Below are positions 25,249 to 26,805 of a stretch of DNA of 26,805 nt, piece by piece. The notes beneath the pieces are model-generated. The model saw only the letters and a list, made by a program, of their open reading frames with translations. It was not told the DNA's origin and did not search any database. The position numbers and the translations under genes are program-made. The DNA comes from Candidatus Krumholzibacteriia bacterium (GTDB taxonomy: Bacteria; Krumholzibacteriota; Krumholzibacteriia; WVZY01), in the NCBI GenBank assembly GCA_036478295.1, contig JAZGDW010000160.1, positions 1 to 26,805 of the forward strand. The letters run 5' to 3'. The first letter of the stretch is position 1; each line of letters starts with the position of its first letter.

Positions 25249-26625
25249 ATGAGAACCATCATAGAGCCGTTTCGCATCAAGGTAACGGAGCCTTTTCGAC
25301 TCACCACGCGAGAGGAACGCGCCGCCGCGCTGAAGATCGCGCACAATAATGTGTTCTTGCTGGACGCCGAGGACTGCTGCATCGATCTCCTGACCGACAG
25401 CGGCACGGGTGCCATGTCCACGGAACAGTGGGCGGCGATCATGCGCGGAGATGAAAGCTACGCGGGCAGCCGGTCGTGGAAAAGGTTCGAAGCCACCGTC
25501 AAGAAAATTACACGCGTCAAGCACGTTTTCCCCACGCATCAAGGGAGAGCCTCCGAAGCCATCCTGGCGTCGACCCGCGTGAAACCGGGCGACGTGATTC
25601 CCAACAATAGCCACTTCGACACCACGCGTGCCAACATGGAGCACGCCGGCGCCACAGCGCTCGACCTGTTGACGGAAGAAGCGCTGGACAACACGCTCGA
25701 AGCCCCTTTCAAGGGCAATATGGACATCGAAAAACTCGAGCGCTGCATTGCGGAGAACGGTAACGGCAAGATCCCTTTTTGCATGCTGACCGTTACGAAC
25801 AACACCGGTGGTGGGCAGCCGGTCGCGATGGAGAACATCCGAGCTGTGAAAGAAGTACTCGAGAAACATGACATCCCGCTCGTCATCGACGCGTGCCGTT
25901 TCGCCGAGAACGCGTATTTGATTCAGCAGAGAGAGAAAGGATACGGAGACAAGACGCTGCTCGAGATAGCGCAGGAGACTTTCTCATACGCGGACGCCGC
26001 CACCATGAGCTTGAAGAAAGACGGGCTGGTGAACATCGGTGGCTTTCTCATCTGTAACGATGACGATTGGGCCGAGGACTTCAAGAACGCGCTGATTCTG
26101 ACCGAAGGTTTTCCCACCTACGGTGGTATGGCCGGCCGTGACCTGGAAGCGGCATCCGTGGGCCTCATGGAGGCGCTCGAGCAGGACTATCACGAGTACC
26201 GGCACGCGACTGTCGCCTACCTGGCGAAGGCAATGTCCCAGCGCGACATTCCGTACGTTCACCCCGTCGGCGGGCACGCGGTATTCGTGGACGTCAAGGC
26301 GTTTCTGCCCCACATACCTCCACTGCAATATCCGGGTATCGGTCTGGTGAATTCGCTCTATATGGAGGGGGGAATCCGCTCCGTCGAGTTGGGAAGCGTG
26401 ATGTTCGGCAGCTTTGACGAAAAGGGGAACGAGATACCCGCCCCGCTCGAACTCGTGCGCCTGGCTATCCCGCGGCGGGTGTATACGCAGAGCCACTTCG
26501 ATTACATCGCCGAGGTCCTGGGCCACGTGTCGAAGAATAAGAGCGCGATCAGAGGTTACCGCATTACGTATCAGCCGAAGCTGCTGAGACATTTCACCTG
26601 TCACTTCGAAGAGGCCGCCGGTTGA
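25249..26625 (+). CDS. tnaA: Tryptophanase
   Basis: EPFRIK, DLLTDSGT, GDESYAGS, PTHQGR and MSLKKDG (PLP Lys). Specificity residues FDTT, VELGS and LRHFT match tryptophanase, whereas tyrosine phenol-lyase has FTTT, MERG and LRFFT. Confidence 0.9.
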   Translation: MRTIIEPFRIKVTEPFRLTTREERAAALKIAHNNVFLLDAEDCCIDLLTDSGTGAMSTEQWAAIMRGDESYAGSRSWKRFEATVKKITRVKHVFPTHQGRASEAILASTRVKPGDVIPNNSHFDTTRANMEHAGATALDLLTEEALDNTLEAPFKGNMDIEKLERCIAENGNGKIPFCMLTVTNNTGGGQPVAMENIRAVKEVLEKHDIPLVIDACRFAENAYLIQQREKGYGDKTLLEIAQETFSYADAATMSLKKDGLVNIGGFLICNDDDWAEDFKNALILTEGFPTYGGMAGRDLEAASVGLMEALEQDYHEYRHATVAYLAKAMSQRDIPYVHPVGGHAVFVDVKAFLPHIPPLQYPGIGLVNSLYMEGGIRSVELGSVMFGSFDEKGNEIPAPLELVRLAIPRRVYTQSHFDYIAEVLGHVSKNKSAIRGYRITYQPKLLRHFTCHFEEAAG

Positions 26626-26792
26626 GGAAGATCTTCTTCGTCATTGGATTGCTCGCCGTGCTTGCGGCGGACGGGGCCGCGATCCATGACATCATCAAGG
26701 GTGAGACGGACGTGCGCGGGGAATGGGGCGCCCTGGCGATCAGCGTTGTCATCATCGTGCTCATCGTGTACAGGCTGCGGCTGAACGATTGA
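26622..26792 (+). CDS. Putative 56-aa two-TM small protein (not in the ORF track)
   Basis: TTG start overlaps the tnaA stop (TTGA). Translation: MRKIFFVIGLLAVLAADGAAIHDIIKGETDVRGEWGALAISVVIIVLIVYRLRLND*. Confidence 0.6.
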   Translation: MRKIFFVIGLLAVLAADGAAIHDIIKGETDVRGEWGALAISVVIIVLIVYRLRLND

Positions 26793-26805
26793 ACGGAGTG
26801 GCCGC

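Noticed and set aside
1177..26604. Long antisense or alternative-frame ORFs (e.g. 1177-2139, 5156-6388, 8736-9851, 23982-24986, 25984-26604)
   Set aside because: They overlap well-supported genes, carry no recognisable motifs, and are expected shadows in high-GC coding DNA.
25249..26625. Tyrosine phenol-lyase assignment
   Set aside because: Diagnostic residues (FDTT, VELGS, LRHFT) are those of tryptophanase.

Overview
GC-rich bacterial chromosomal window with about 25 protein-coding genes. I see no rRNA, tRNA, CRISPR array or transposase. The secreted proteins carry either a FlgD-Ig/T9SS-type-A-like tail or a 'TWGHIKAxY' tail, which suggests (inference) an FCB-group candidate lineage such as Ca. 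Krumholzibacteriota, Latescibacterota or Eisenbacteria. Gene order: S9 peptidase (5'-truncated), DUF6933 protein, wHTH-HATPase-STAS (DUF4325) protein, Ig-repeat secreted protein, metallophosphoesterase, DUF1330, CarboxypepD-vWA (YfbK-like) protein plus TonB, a secreted hypothetical protein, two tandem paralogous BACON-repeat/Cys-rich surface proteins, Ub-Mut7C RNase, PEP-mutase-family enzyme, DinB, VOC, ada, cupin, small membrane proteins, a parvulin lipoprotein, and a divergent amino-acid catabolism cluster (Ser/Thr dehydratase plus OCD/mu-crystallin, opposite tnaA). The most unusual signals are four: (1) a promoter-preceded ~240-nt intergenic tract with about 12 CCCCAC-like motifs, some in hairpin loops (candidate sponge-type RNA); (2) a phased TTGACAAG array in front of the DUF4325 regulator; (3) a 22-bp palindromic tandem array of about 5.8 copies; (4) a conserved C-terminal TWGHIKAxY motif on two large surface proteins (candidate sorting signal).
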